From: Actinomycetota bacterium
GTDB lineage: Bacteria > Actinomycetota > Thermoleophilia > Gaiellales > Gaiellaceae
NCBI GenBank assembly: GCA_020029615.1
Contig: JAIBJO010000004.1
Coordinates: 3,983 to 67,982, forward strand
DNA: 64,000 nt
Direction: 5' to 3'
Positions 38,809 through 49,998 of the stretch are shown here, piece after piece. The notes under the pieces were generated by a model. The model saw only the letters and a list, made by a program, of their open reading frames with translations, had not been told where the DNA came from and made no database searches. Within the stretch, counting starts at the first letter, position 1. The number at the start of each line of letters is the position of its first letter. The translations under genes were made by a program, and so were the position numbers.

Positions 38809-39080
38809 TCCTCCCTGCGGGTGATCTGCGTCCGACGCCCGAGGCCGTGTGCGCCGCCGGCTGCGTGCGCATGACACGTGAGCGGTCGGAGATCGGGACG
38901 CGGCACAGTGCCGCGCGGTCCGAGGATTCGGCTGGCGGCTCTCTTCCCCCGAGGGCCGAGGACCGCCAGCACTAGTTCCTTAGACGGCAGCTCGAATCGA
39001 TTGCTAGGCCCCTTCACGTTCTTCGAACGTCATCTTCGCCAGGTCTTCTCGAAGCACGACCCGCCCGAATGCGGCGAGGA

Positions 39081-39386
39081 TCACGCGCGTTCCTCGATGC
39101 GCATGAGACCCACCGAGATGATCGTCCGATAGCTCGCGAATGCGTGGTGCCCGGCCTGGAGGACGTACTGATCGGCATCGAACATTCGGCGATAGACGTC
39201 AAGTGGCACCTTCACCAATCGGTCGCAGTCGGCTCTCGTGCATTCACATGCGAACTCGACGAGCCCCTGCGCATCCGTGGAGACGTCGGCGGCGACGGAC
39301 TTGCGCTCGTTTGCACTCCGTTGCGCAACACGGTGCGCGACTCCATCCCGCTGGGCTCCTGCCTGCTCATCTGCCGATGTGGCCAT
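39081..39386 (-). CDS. hypothetical 101-aa protein with CxCxxxxC motif
   Basis: ATG lies after CAGGAGGAG. Genome-typical codon usage. FACECTRADC motif. No family recognised. Confidence 0.55.
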   Translation of the reverse strand: MATSADEQAGAQRDGVAHRVAQRSANERKSVAADVSTDAQGLVEFACECTRADCDRLVKVPLDVYRRMFDADQYVLQAGHHAFASYRTIISVGLMRIEERA

Positions 39387-39464
39387 CGCGTCTCCTCCTG
39401 CCGTGAACGGATAGGGAGGGCGCGAGATGACGCCTTCGGTATTCGTCCGTGTCCTCGTAGTGTA

Positions 39465-39539
39465 GTCGGGGAGGCCGGATTTGAACCGGCGATCTCGTGT
39501 CCCCCAGACACGCGCCCTAACCAGACTAGGCCACTCCCC
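39465..39539 (-). tRNA. tRNA-Pro (anticodon GGG)
   Basis: Hand-folded cloverleaf: acceptor CGGGGAG/CTCCCCG plus A73, D-arm GCCT/GGGC, anticodon arm CGTGT-CTGGGGG-ACACG, T-arm GCCGG-TTCAAAT-CCGGC. CCA is not encoded. Confidence 0.93.
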
Positions 39540-39631
39540 GAGAAGCTGCTACCTACTTCGCATGGAACTTCGCACGGCTCTTCATATGTCCTCCGACTCC
39601 GCTTACCTGAGCCCACCATCGCAGCGCGTGT

Positions 39632-39677
39632 CCCTTATCCCCCAGACTAGCGCGCTAACCAGGCTGCGCCACGCCCC
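39632..39677 (-). pseudogene. 5' half of a second tRNA-Pro(GGG)-like gene, truncated after the anticodon arm
   Basis: CGGGGCGTGGCGCAGCCTGGTTAGCGCGCTAGTCTGGGGGATAAG has the acceptor 5' strand, D-arm and anticodon loop. No T-arm or CGCCCCG 3' strand follows. Confidence 0.6.
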
Positions 39678-39714
39678 GTGGCGACCGACACCATAGCCGC
39701 TCTCCGAGATTGCG

Positions 39715-39840
39715 CGGTGGGACGGGTCGGTTCCCGGGGACGATGTGGTTGAGGTAGCCGGCCGATGGATCGGCCTTGTCGGCGAGGCCCGGTGGGAGTA
39801 GGACAAGCCGCCTTGCTTCGATGGCTCGACGTATGGACGG
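39715..39840 (-). pseudogene. decayed partial copy of the XRE regulator gene at 40339-40635
   Basis: 39718-39793 matches 40481-40556 at about 95 percent (76 bp). Translation PSIRRAIEA...GLADKADPSAGYLNHIVPGNRPVP parallels PTIERLMIE...GLADKADLSAGYLNHIVHGNRPVP. No start codon or C-terminus. Confidence 0.55.
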
Positions 39841-39910
39841 CTGGGCTGCTCCGGTGAAAGGTATGCAGGTCGATTCACTGCATCGGTCATGAGGGAAGGG
39901 GAGGGGGACT

Positions 39911-40248
39911 ATGCGCGTCTCGTTTCTTGCCGTACTCGTCGTGTTGGTGGCGGCCGTGGGGGCGACCTCCGCCGGGGCCAAAGGGAAGCCCGGCTATGCA
40001 TGCCCTCCGGGCTTCAACATCGGCGCGGTCACTCCCGGGGGCGCGCTTGCTCTCGAGCGCAGTCAGGCGCCGTCGGGGCTGGCCTCTTCACGGAAGAGGA
40101 TCTGCTGGCGGCCGACCGGGCGCTCGATGCAAACGGGAGCGGCTATATCTGCGCCTCGCTGCCGCACGGGCTCGAGGTGAGCAACCGCCCGAACGGTCAG
40201 TACTTCTACAACTTCGCCGACGACAACGCATCGGTTCCATCAAGTTGA
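39911..40248 (+). pseudogene. small secreted Cys-containing protein gene split by a frameshift (or sequence indel)
   Basis: Strong SD GGGGAGGGGG plus ATG 39911 and signal peptide MRVSFLAVLVVLVAAVGATSAGA in one frame. Protein-like C-terminus GLFTEEDLLAADRALDANGSGYICASLPHGLEV...* in the -1 neighbouring frame. The switch is near 40035-40075. Confidence 0.4.
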
Positions 40249-40262
40249 GAATGGGCTGACGA

Positions 40263-40292
40263 CCGGGCGAGCGTGTTCCTACGCTTGCCCGG
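40263..40292. terminator. 12-bp hairpin in a convergent spacer (CCGGGCGAGCGT-GTTCCT-ACGCTTGCCCGG)
   Basis: Read directly; one G.T pair. Lies between the frameshifted plus-strand gene and the XRE gene. Confidence 0.45.
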
Positions 40293-40338
40293 GATCTGCT
40301 CCCACGGCGGGTGCGCTCTCGGCCGACGGATTCGAGCT

Positions 40339-40634
40339 CTACGCGAGGCGCTTGTACAGCCGGTCGATGAGCTCGGGCATCGCCTCGAGCTTCTCGGTGA
40401 TGACGCGGATGCGGTACTCGCGGAAGTGCTCGGCCTCGACTCCGAGCGACTCGGCGATGCGCGCGATGACGTCGTTCGACGGGACGGGTCGGTTCCCGTG
40501 GACGATGTGGTTGAGGTAGCCGGCCGACAGATCGGCCTTGTCGGCGAGGCCCCGGTAGGTCGTGCCCGTCTCGATCATCAGCCGCTCGATCGTCGGGCCG
40601 AAGTGCTCGTCGCTGTATTTGCGCCGCTTCGCCA

Positions 40635-40635
<1 letters not shown>
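40339..40635 (-). CDS. XRE-family helix-turn-helix transcriptional regulator (98 aa)
   Basis: ATG 40635 shares 1 nt with the proS TGA. HTH TYRGLADKADLSAGYLNHIVHGNRPVPSNDVIARIAESLGV. Confidence 0.8.
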
Positions 40636-42317
<1,682 letters not shown>

Positions 42318-42371
42318 GGGCGACAGAGCCTAGAGGTCTGACGCGGACCCCGGGCGAGGCAAGTCTCCGCC

Positions 42372-43511
42372 CTACGAGTCGTCGAGCGGGATGAGGCTCG
42401 CCTCGGCCATGGCGAGCGCGGCCGGCTTCGCCATCTTGAGCCGCTTCGGTCGCTTCATGCCGTCGGCGAGCCACCGGTCGATCTCGACGAAGAGCTCGTC
42501 GACCAGGATCTCCGACCGTACCTTCTTGAGCACCCGCCCGTGCGCGTAGATGAAGCCGACGTCGCGACCGCCTGCAATCCCGAAGTCTGCGTCGCCTGCC
42601 TCCCCCGGGCCGTTCACCGCGCAGCCCATGACCGCGACCTCGACCGCCTCGGCGTATCCCCGCAACCGATCCTCGACCACGCGCGCGAGGCTTTCCACCC
42701 CGACGTTGTCACGTCCGCAGGAGGGGCACGCGATCATGACCGGGCCGCGTTCCCGGAGGCCCAGCGCCTTCAGGATCTCCCAGGCGACCTCCACTTCCTT
42801 GACCGGGTCCGCCGTCAGGGAGACGCGGAGCGTGTCACCGATGCCGTCGGCGAGCAGCGTCCCGATCCCGACAGCGCTCTTGATCCCGCCCGCGAACTCT
42901 GTTCCGGCCTCGGTGACGCCGAGATGGAGCGGATACGGCACCTTCGCCGCGAGCATTCGGTACGCGCGGATCATCGTCGGCACATGCGTGGCCTTGACCG
43001 AGATCTTGAACTCGCGGTAGTCGAGCCGCTCGAGGAGCTCCACCTCCTCGAGCGCTGCTGCAACGAGAGCCTCTGCCTGATCCTGCTGTGCGAGTGCCTG
43101 CAGGTGCTTCGGGAGGGAGCCGGAATTCGCGCCGATGCGCATTGCGATTCCCGCCTTCTTCGCGGCGGCGACGACCTGCTCCACCTTGTCCGGGCCGCCG
43201 ATGTTCCCGGGGTTGATACGAACCGCCGCCACGCCGGCGTCGATTGCCTTGAGGGCGAGCGAGGCGTTGAAGTGGATGTCCGCGATCACCGGAATCGGCG
43301 AGAGTCGTACGATGAGCGGCAGCGCGGCCGCATCCTCCTTCTTGGGGACCGCGACACGCACGATCTCGCAGCCAGCCGATGCGAGCGCAGCGACCTGCGC
43401 CGTCGTCGCTGCGACGTCGTGTGTCTTCGTCAGGGTCATCGACTGGACGGCGACGGGCGCTCCCCCGCCGACTGGCACGCTCCCGACGTGAATCTGGACC
43501 CGGCTCGTCAC
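42372..43511 (-). CDS. ispG: 4-hydroxy-3-methylbut-2-en-1-yl diphosphate synthase
   Basis: GTG 43511 chosen. VPVGGGAPVAVQSMT and the C-terminal Cys cluster CPSCGR...GCAVNGPGE. Confidence 0.92.
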   Translation of the reverse strand: MTSRVQIHVGSVPVGGGAPVAVQSMTLTKTHDVAATTAQVAALASAGCEIVRVAVPKKEDAAALPLIVRLSPIPVIADIHFNASLALKAIDAGVAAVRINPGNIGGPDKVEQVVAAAKKAGIAMRIGANSGSLPKHLQALAQQDQAEALVAAALEEVELLERLDYREFKISVKATHVPTMIRAYRMLAAKVPYPLHLGVTEAGTEFAGGIKSAVGIGTLLADGIGDTLRVSLTADPVKEVEVAWEILKALGLRERGPVMIACPSCGRDNVGVESLARVVEDRLRGYAEAVEVAVMGCAVNGPGEAGDADFGIAGGRDVGFIYAHGRVLKKVRSEILVDELFVEIDRWLADGMKRPKRLKMAKPAALAMAEASLIPLDDS

Positions 43512-43533
43512 GGCGTAGAGGGTAGCCGCGGCT

Positions 43534-44760
43534 CTACGACAGGCGGCCGATGTCGTTCGAGAGCCCGACGAAGAAGAGAAGCAGCACGACGGCGAGACCG
43601 ACGACCGACACCCGCTCGTAGACCTCTCGCCGGACGAAGCGCCCGCGCGCGCCCTCGACGAGCGCGAACAGGACATGCCCCCCGTCGAGCGGCAGCAGTG
43701 GGAGGAGGTTGAGGAGAGCCAACGACAGGGAGATGAGGCCGAGCACCCAGAGGTAGCTCTCCGCGCCCTGTTGCACGGCGTCCGACGACGCCTGCGTGAT
43801 CCCGATCGGGCTCGAGACCTGGTCGCGTCCCTCGCCGGTCAGCAGCCGTCCGAGCGACTTGACGATCTCCTTTGCGACGAGGCCGGTGACCTCGAAGGCG
43901 CGCGCGACCGAAGGCAGCAACCCGAGTCCCTCCCCCTCGAGCCCGAATCCGAGCCGAAGGCGGTCGTCGACGCGCTGTGCCGCCACCGGGCCCAACACGA
44001 GCTCCTGTCCCGCGCGCACGACCGTCAGCGAGAGCTCCTCACCCCGCGAACCGGCGATCGTGTCGGCGATCTCGTCCGCCTTCACCCGCTGACCGTCGAT
44101 TGCCACGATGCGGTCGCCGGAGCGGAGCCCGATCGCCTGCGCAGGAGAGTCGACACCTGGCTGGAGCTCGGGAGAGACCGTGGCCACGGTGGAGGTCGCG
44201 TTCCCGGCGACCGTCATGAAGAGGAACGTGAAGAGCACGATCGTGAGTGCGATGTTCGCGGCAGGCCCCGCGACGATCGCGACGAGTCGCTTCCACGTCG
44301 GCGCCTTCCAGTAGGCGTCGGAGCCGAGCGCATCTCGGAGCTCGGTCAAGCCCTTGTCTGCAGAAGCCTGCGCTCCGGGAGAAAGCTGTCGGTGCCGAAC
44401 GGCTTGCTCCAGCTCGTCGAGCTCGGCCGGCGCTCCGGCGAAGTCCTCGGCCTCGAGCGAGCGCTTGACGTGGTCGACCGGGCCGGCAATCGTCGGATTC
44501 TCCGCTATCGCCCGCGCAAACCGTCGCTCGACGTCATGCGGGATCGGACGATGCATGCCTGGGATGGTCACGAAGCCACCGAGCGGGATCATCCCGACTC
44601 CGTACTCGATCCCCTTCCGGTTGGTTTTCACGAGTGGCGGCGGGAAGCCGACGTAGAACTTGCGCGGGCGCAGCCCTACGGCGAGCGAGGCGAAGAAGTG
44701 CCCCGCCTCGTGGATGAGGATCAGGAACGCAAGACCGAGGATGGCGATGAGGAAGCTCAC
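43534..44760 (-). CDS. rseP: RIP site-2 metalloprotease RseP/Rip1 (M50 with PDZ)
   Basis: HEAGHF motif in the first TM helix, central PDZ (GLRSGDRIVAIDG), NLLPLLPLDGGH motif. Confidence 0.88.
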   Translation of the reverse strand: MSFLIAILGLAFLILIHEAGHFFASLAVGLRPRKFYVGFPPPLVKTNRKGIEYGVGMIPLGGFVTIPGMHRPIPHDVERRFARAIAENPTIAGPVDHVKRSLEAEDFAGAPAELDELEQAVRHRQLSPGAQASADKGLTELRDALGSDAYWKAPTWKRLVAIVAGPAANIALTIVLFTFLFMTVAGNATSTVATVSPELQPGVDSPAQAIGLRSGDRIVAIDGQRVKADEIADTIAGSRGEELSLTVVRAGQELVLGPVAAQRVDDRLRLGFGLEGEGLGLLPSVARAFEVTGLVAKEIVKSLGRLLTGEGRDQVSSPIGITQASSDAVQQGAESYLWVLGLISLSLALLNLLPLLPLDGGHVLFALVEGARGRFVRREVYERVSVVGLAVVLLLFFVGLSNDIGRLS

Positions 44761-45839
44761 GCCGCGGCCAGCCTGGCTCCCGCGAGGCGTCGCGCCTCGG
44801 CGTCGGCCTCGACGAGCTCGGTGACGTCGCGCGCAGGCGCTCCGTCGACCCGGGCGAGCGCATCCTCGACGAGCACCGCGATGTCGGGGAACCCGACCTT
44901 GTGGTCGAGGAAAGCGGCGACCGCCACCTCGTTCGCGGCGTTGAATGCGCAGGGATACGTTCCGCCGTTCTCTCCCGCCTGTCGTGCGAGCGAGAGCAGC
45001 GGGAAGCGCACTGGGTCAGGCGGCTCGAACTCGAGCGTCAGCCCGGCCGAGAAGTCGAGGGGTCGAACTGCCGTCGCCTTGCGGTCGGGGAAGGTGAGAG
45101 CGAAGGAGATGGGAACGCGCATGTCCGGGTACCCCAGGTGCGCGAGCGCAGCGCCGTCCCGGAAGCGGACGAGCGCGTGAACGACGGAGGTCGGGTGCAC
45201 GACGACCTCGATCCTGTCGTACTCGAGCCCGAAGAGGAAGTGCGCCTCGATCAGCTCGAGACCCTTGTTCGCGAGGGTCGCCGAGTCGATCGTGATCTTC
45301 GGGCCCATGGACCACGTCGGATGGGCGAGAGCCTCGTCCACGGTCACTGATTCGAGCTCGTCGCGCGATCGGTTTCTGAACGGTCCACCCGAGGCGGTGA
45401 GGACGATGGACTCGACCGCCTCCTCGGAGCGTGCTTCGAGGCACTGGAACACAGCCGAGTGCTCGCTGTCCACGGGCAGGAGCGAGCCTCCTCCCTGCCT
45501 CCAGGCAGCGACGGCGAGATCGCCGGCCGCGACCAGGCTCTCCTTGTTCGCAAGCGCCAGCGTCACGCCGTGCTCGAGCGCCCAGAGAGTCGCCCCGACT
45601 CCCGCAAAGCCGACCACCGCGTTCACGACGACGTCGGGCGCCGAGACCTCCAGGAGCCGGGTGAGCTCGCCGCCGACCTGCACATGCTCGACGCCGTGCT
45701 CGCTGGCGAGCTCGTCGAGCGGCTGTGAGCGGGACGAGAGCGCGCACACGGAGAGCTCCGGATTCGCCGCGATTACCTCGAGTGCCTGCCGCCCGATGGA
45801 TCCCGTCGCCCCGAGCAGCGCGATTCGTCGTGCGCGCAC
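44757..45839 (-). CDS. dxr: 1-deoxy-D-xylulose 5-phosphate reductoisomerase
   Basis: LLGATGSIGRQALEV NADPH fold and LPVDSEHSA motif. 4-nt overlap with rseP. Confidence 0.93.
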   Translation of the reverse strand: MRARRIALLGATGSIGRQALEVIAANPELSVCALSSRSQPLDELASEHGVEHVQVGGELTRLLEVSAPDVVVNAVVGFAGVGATLWALEHGVTLALANKESLVAAGDLAVAAWRQGGGSLLPVDSEHSAVFQCLEARSEEAVESIVLTASGGPFRNRSRDELESVTVDEALAHPTWSMGPKITIDSATLANKGLELIEAHFLFGLEYDRIEVVVHPTSVVHALVRFRDGAALAHLGYPDMRVPISFALTFPDRKATAVRPLDFSAGLTLEFEPPDPVRFPLLSLARQAGENGGTYPCAFNAANEVAVAAFLDHKVGFPDIAVLVEDALARVDGAPARDVTELVEADAEARRLAGARLAAA

Positions 45840-45874
45840 GGGCGAAGGCTAACCGCAGGGACGTTCAGAAAGCG

Positions 45875-46678
45875 CTACGCCTGCCCGAACGCGAGGATCA
45901 GGAAGTACGCTGCCGGCCCTGCCCAGAGGAGCGAGTCGAGGCGATCGAGCATCCCTCCGTGCCCTGCGAGCGCGCGGCCGGAGTCCTTCACCTCGAGATC
46001 CCGCTTGACGGCGGACTCGAAGAGGTCGCCGAGCACGGCGGCGAGCGCGATCACGAGGCCGAGCAGGAGACTCTCCGGGATCGTGAGGAAGTCGTCGCGG
46101 TCGCGGTAGAGGATCACGAACGCCATCGCGATCGCGGCGACGAGACCCCCGAAGAGGCCCTCCCAGGACTTCTTCGGTGAGATCGCAGGCGCCATGCGGT
46201 GGCGACCGAATGCGCGGCCGACGAAGAACGCGCCGGTATCGGCTGCGAAGACGGTGAAGAGCACGGCCATGACAGCCCAGAAGCCGAACTCGGGGACGTC
46301 TCGGATCAGGAGCAGGCAGCCGATTCCCGCACCGACCCAGGTCACCCCGAGCAGCGTCACCGCGAAGGAAGTCGTCGCGGACTGCCTGACGCCGCCCAGC
46401 CCGTAGACGACGAACGCGACGACGAACGTGGCGAGGAGGCCGCCGAGCATCCACGCAAGCCCTCCTAGCTGAAGGCCGAGCAGGGTGAGCACGAACCCGA
46501 GGTATCCGCCGAGGACGAGCGGTCGAAGATCGCGGGTCATCACGTAGAGCTCGTGCAGCGCGAGCAGCCCGCCGACGAGGGCGAGCGCGAAGAGCCACCA
46601 GCCTCCGAGGTAGACCAGGCCGATGACCAGCGGCAGCAGGACGAGGGCGACGAGAACGCGCGAGGCGAGAGAGCTCAT
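45875..46678 (-). CDS. cdsA: phosphatidate cytidylyltransferase
   Basis: ATGA overlap with the uppS stop. Signature SAVKRDLEVKDSGRALAGHGGMLDRLDS. The upstream 105 track codons are an Arg-rich artefact. Confidence 0.88.
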   Translation of the reverse strand: MSSLASRVLVALVLLPLVIGLVYLGGWWLFALALVGGLLALHELYVMTRDLRPLVLGGYLGFVLTLLGLQLGGLAWMLGGLLATFVVAFVVYGLGGVRQSATTSFAVTLLGVTWVGAGIGCLLLIRDVPEFGFWAVMAVLFTVFAADTGAFFVGRAFGRHRMAPAISPKKSWEGLFGGLVAAIAMAFVILYRDRDDFLTIPESLLLGLVIALAAVLGDLFESAVKRDLEVKDSGRALAGHGGMLDRLDSLLWAGPAAYFLILAFGQA

Positions 46679-47391
46679 TGCCCCCGCGCCCCGAAGCGAC
46701 GCGCGCGCTGCGCATACTCGTCGAGTGCGGATCGGAGCTGGTCCGCGCCGAAGTCGGGCCACAGCGTCTCGTCGAACACGAGCTCTGCATACGCGGACTG
46801 CCAGAGCAGGAAGTTCGAGATTCGCTGCTCGCCGGACGTGCGGATGACGAGGTCGGGATCGGGCAGCTCGGGTGCGTAGAGGCGCTCGGACATGGCCTGC
46901 TCGGACACGTCCTGGGGTCTGACCCCGTCCGCCAGCAGACGCCGAGCAGCGTCGACGAGCTCGGCGCGGCTCCCGTAGTCGAACGCGATCCACAGGCTCA
47001 GGCGCTCGTTTGCCGCCGTCTCGGCCTCGAGTCCTTCCATCTTCTGCCGGAGGGCCGCCGGCACGCGGTCTCGGCGCCCGAAGAACCGCGTGCGAACGCC
47101 CTGCTTGGCGAGATCAGGTAGCTCGCGGTCGATCGTCTCGTCCATGAGCTCCATGATCGAATCGACCTCGTCCGGCGGCCGGGCCCAGTTCTCGGTCGAG
47201 AACGCGTAGACCGCCAGCGACTGGATGCCGAGGTCGATCGCTGCCTCGACGGTGCGTCGCAATGCTCGTGCCCCCTCGCGATGCCCTTCTGCGACGGGAA
47301 CACCACGCGCTGCCGCCCAGCGCCCGTTCCCGTCCATGATCACGGCCACGCTCCGGGCTACGCCCGGATCGTGGTTAGGACGATCCGACAT
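46675..47391 (-). CDS. uppS: isoprenyl transferase / undecaprenyl diphosphate synthase
   Basis: VAVIMDGNGRWA and FSTENW motifs. Confidence 0.92.
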   Translation of the reverse strand: MSDRPNHDPGVARSVAVIMDGNGRWAAARGVPVAEGHREGARALRRTVEAAIDLGIQSLAVYAFSTENWARPPDEVDSIMELMDETIDRELPDLAKQGVRTRFFGRRDRVPAALRQKMEGLEAETAANERLSLWIAFDYGSRAELVDAARRLLADGVRPQDVSEQAMSERLYAPELPDPDLVIRTSGEQRISNFLLWQSAYAELVFDETLWPDFGADQLRSALDEYAQRARRFGARGQ

Positions 47392-47401
47392 GGCCTCTCT
47401 A

Positions 47402-47431
47402 GAGGTTTGATCGCGCCAGCGATCAAACCTC
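47402..47431 (-). terminator. 13-bp perfect hairpin spanning the frr stop codon (GAGGTTTGATCGC-GCCA-GCGATCAAACCTC on plus)
   Basis: Read directly, between frr and uppS. No U-tract, so it is a possible attenuator or processing site. Confidence 0.45.
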
Positions 47432-47986
47432 CATGATCTCGGCCTCTTTCGCCTTCAAGAGGTCATCGATCGACTTCGTGTGCTCGTCGGTGATCTTCTG
47501 TACCTGCTGCTCCGCGCGTCGCTCCTCGTCGTCTCCGACGTCACCGTTGGTCACGAGCTCGCGCAAGTGCTGCATCACGTCTCGACGGACGTTCCGAATC
47601 GCGACCTTGCCGTCCTCGGCTACACGGCGGACGACCTTCACAAGATCCTTTCGCCGCTCCTCGGTGAGCGTCGGAATCGGGAGACGAATGATCTTCCCGT
47701 CGTTGGACGGGGTCAGTCCGAGGTCCGACTCCTGGATCGCGCGCTCGATGCTCTTCAGGGAGCCGGGGTCGAACGGCTGGACCGTCAGGAGCCGCGACTC
47801 GGGCGCCGCGATCGAGGCGAGGCTCTTGAGAGGAGTCGGCGTACCGTAGTAGTCGATCGCGATGCGGTCGAGGAGCGCAGGCGACGCGCGGCCCGTGCGG
47901 ATCGAGTTGAACTCGTGGTGCGTCGCCTCGATCGACCTGTCCATTCGCCGTTTCGCGTCAGCAAGGAAGTCCTCGATCGCGCTCAT
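47423..47986 (-). CDS. frr: ribosome recycling factor
   Basis: Canonical RRF sequence (RTGRASPALLD, LTEERRKDLVK). Confidence 0.95.
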   Translation of the reverse strand: MSAIEDFLADAKRRMDRSIEATHHEFNSIRTGRASPALLDRIAIDYYGTPTPLKSLASIAAPESRLLTVQPFDPGSLKSIERAIQESDLGLTPSNDGKIIRLPIPTLTEERRKDLVKVVRRVAEDGKVAIRNVRRDVMQHLRELVTNGDVGDDEERRAEQQVQKITDEHTKSIDDLLKAKEAEIMEV

Positions 47987-48120
47987 GGGCCGGCCCCCGG
48001 CTCATGAGCGTGGAGGGGTGTGGGGAACCGGGAGGCTCCCCACGTCTTCGAAAAGAAGGTGGAACGTGGGGGAAACATGGTTTCCCCCACGAACGCGAAC
48101 CAAGTGTGAGCGTTGGCCAT
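47983..48120 (-). repeat. ~140-nt duplicated leader module, copy 1 (5' of frr)
   Basis: Aligns without indels to 49052-49189 (hand count 111 of 135 nt). Contains hairpins at 48066-48090 and 48020-48043. Confidence 0.85.
47983..48120 (-). CDS. 45-codon mini-ORF 1 (MANAHTWFAFVGETMFPPRSTFFSKTWGASRFPTPLHAHEPGAGP), coupled to frr
   Basis: ATG 48120 lies 4 nt after AGGAGGG. TGA overlaps the frr ATG (ATGA). Paralogous frame upstream of pyrH. Translation unproven. Confidence 0.35.
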   Translation of the reverse strand: MANAHTWFAFVGETMFPPRSTFFSKTWGASRFPTPLHAHEPGAGP

Positions 48121-48127
48121 TCGCCCT

Positions 48128-49185
<1,058 letters not shown>

Positions 49186-49189
<4 letters not shown>

Positions 49190-49998
49190 GACCCTGCGAC
49201 CGAGATCCTCGCGAACTGCGTTGCAGAGGCACCGGCCTCGGCGAGCGCCTGCCCGACCGACTTCGACGGATCGTGGATCCAGGGTTGGTCGACCAGGACG
49301 CCGCCCGGCGTCGCGGCGAAGAAGCGCTTGCCCAGCATGCCGTCCACGATCTTCTCACGGGCGGCCTCGGGCTTCGACTGCACCTCGTCCGAGTTCATGA
49401 AGATGGCGCGCTCGGCGTCGACGACCTCGCCGGGAACGTCGTGGCGCGCCGTCCACTCGGGCGCGGCGAAGGAGATGTGCATCGCGATCTGACGAGCGAG
49501 CTCCGCCGACCCACCCGAGAGCTCGACGAGCACGCCGATCTTGTTCGCGGGCGGATGCGTGTACCCCGCGACGACGTTGCCGTCCGGTGCCTCGAAGCGC
49601 TCTGCTCCGACGACCACGATGTTCTCGCCGAGCTTGGCGATGAGCTCCACACGCTCCTCTTCGAAGCTCCCCACCGCGTCGGCGCCGTCCGCGTGCACTG
49701 CGCGCAGGACGTTCTGGGCAAACGCTCGGAACTCGTCGTTTTTCGACACCGGCTCCGTCTCGCAGCCGACCCCCGCGATCGACCCTCTGTTGCCGTCAAG
49801 GACGAACTCGACGAGGCCTTCCGTGGTGGTTCGCCCGGCGCGCTTGCCCGCAGATGCCATCCCGCGCTCGCGCAGGAGAACGCGGGCACCCTCGATATCG
49901 CCTCCCGTCTCCTCGAGCGCGCGCTTGCAGTCCATCATCCCCGCGCCCGTCTGGTCTCGGAGCTCCTTGACGAGGGAGGCGCTGATCGTGGTGCTCAC
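49186..49998 (-). CDS. tsf: translation elongation factor Ts
   Basis: UBA-like N-terminus [20 protein letters not shown] and the EF-Ts core. GTGA overlap with the rpsB stop. Confidence 0.95.

Noticed and set aside
38222-38872. 216-aa track ORF spanning the pilin locus.
   Set aside because: It is out of frame across the well-supported pilin gene and Arg/Gly-rich. Only its last 40 codons, which start at an ATG overlapping the pilin stop, look like a plausible product.
39540-39690. Intron-containing or split second tRNA-Pro.
   Set aside because: No T-arm (GGTTCRANYC) and no CGCCCCG acceptor 3' strand occur before the next tRNA begins, and the intervening 97 nt has no recognisable group I features. 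It is treated as a truncated remnant.
39911-40248. Programmed ribosomal frameshift in the secreted-protein gene.
   Set aside because: There is no slippery heptamer and no downstream pseudoknot-like structure at the frame junction. The decayed surroundings favour a mutation or assembly indel.
39400-40340. Integrated prophage or ICE at tRNA-Pro.
   Set aside because: No integrase, excisionase, recombinase or phage structural genes lie within 20 kb on either side. Only scar-like fragments remain.
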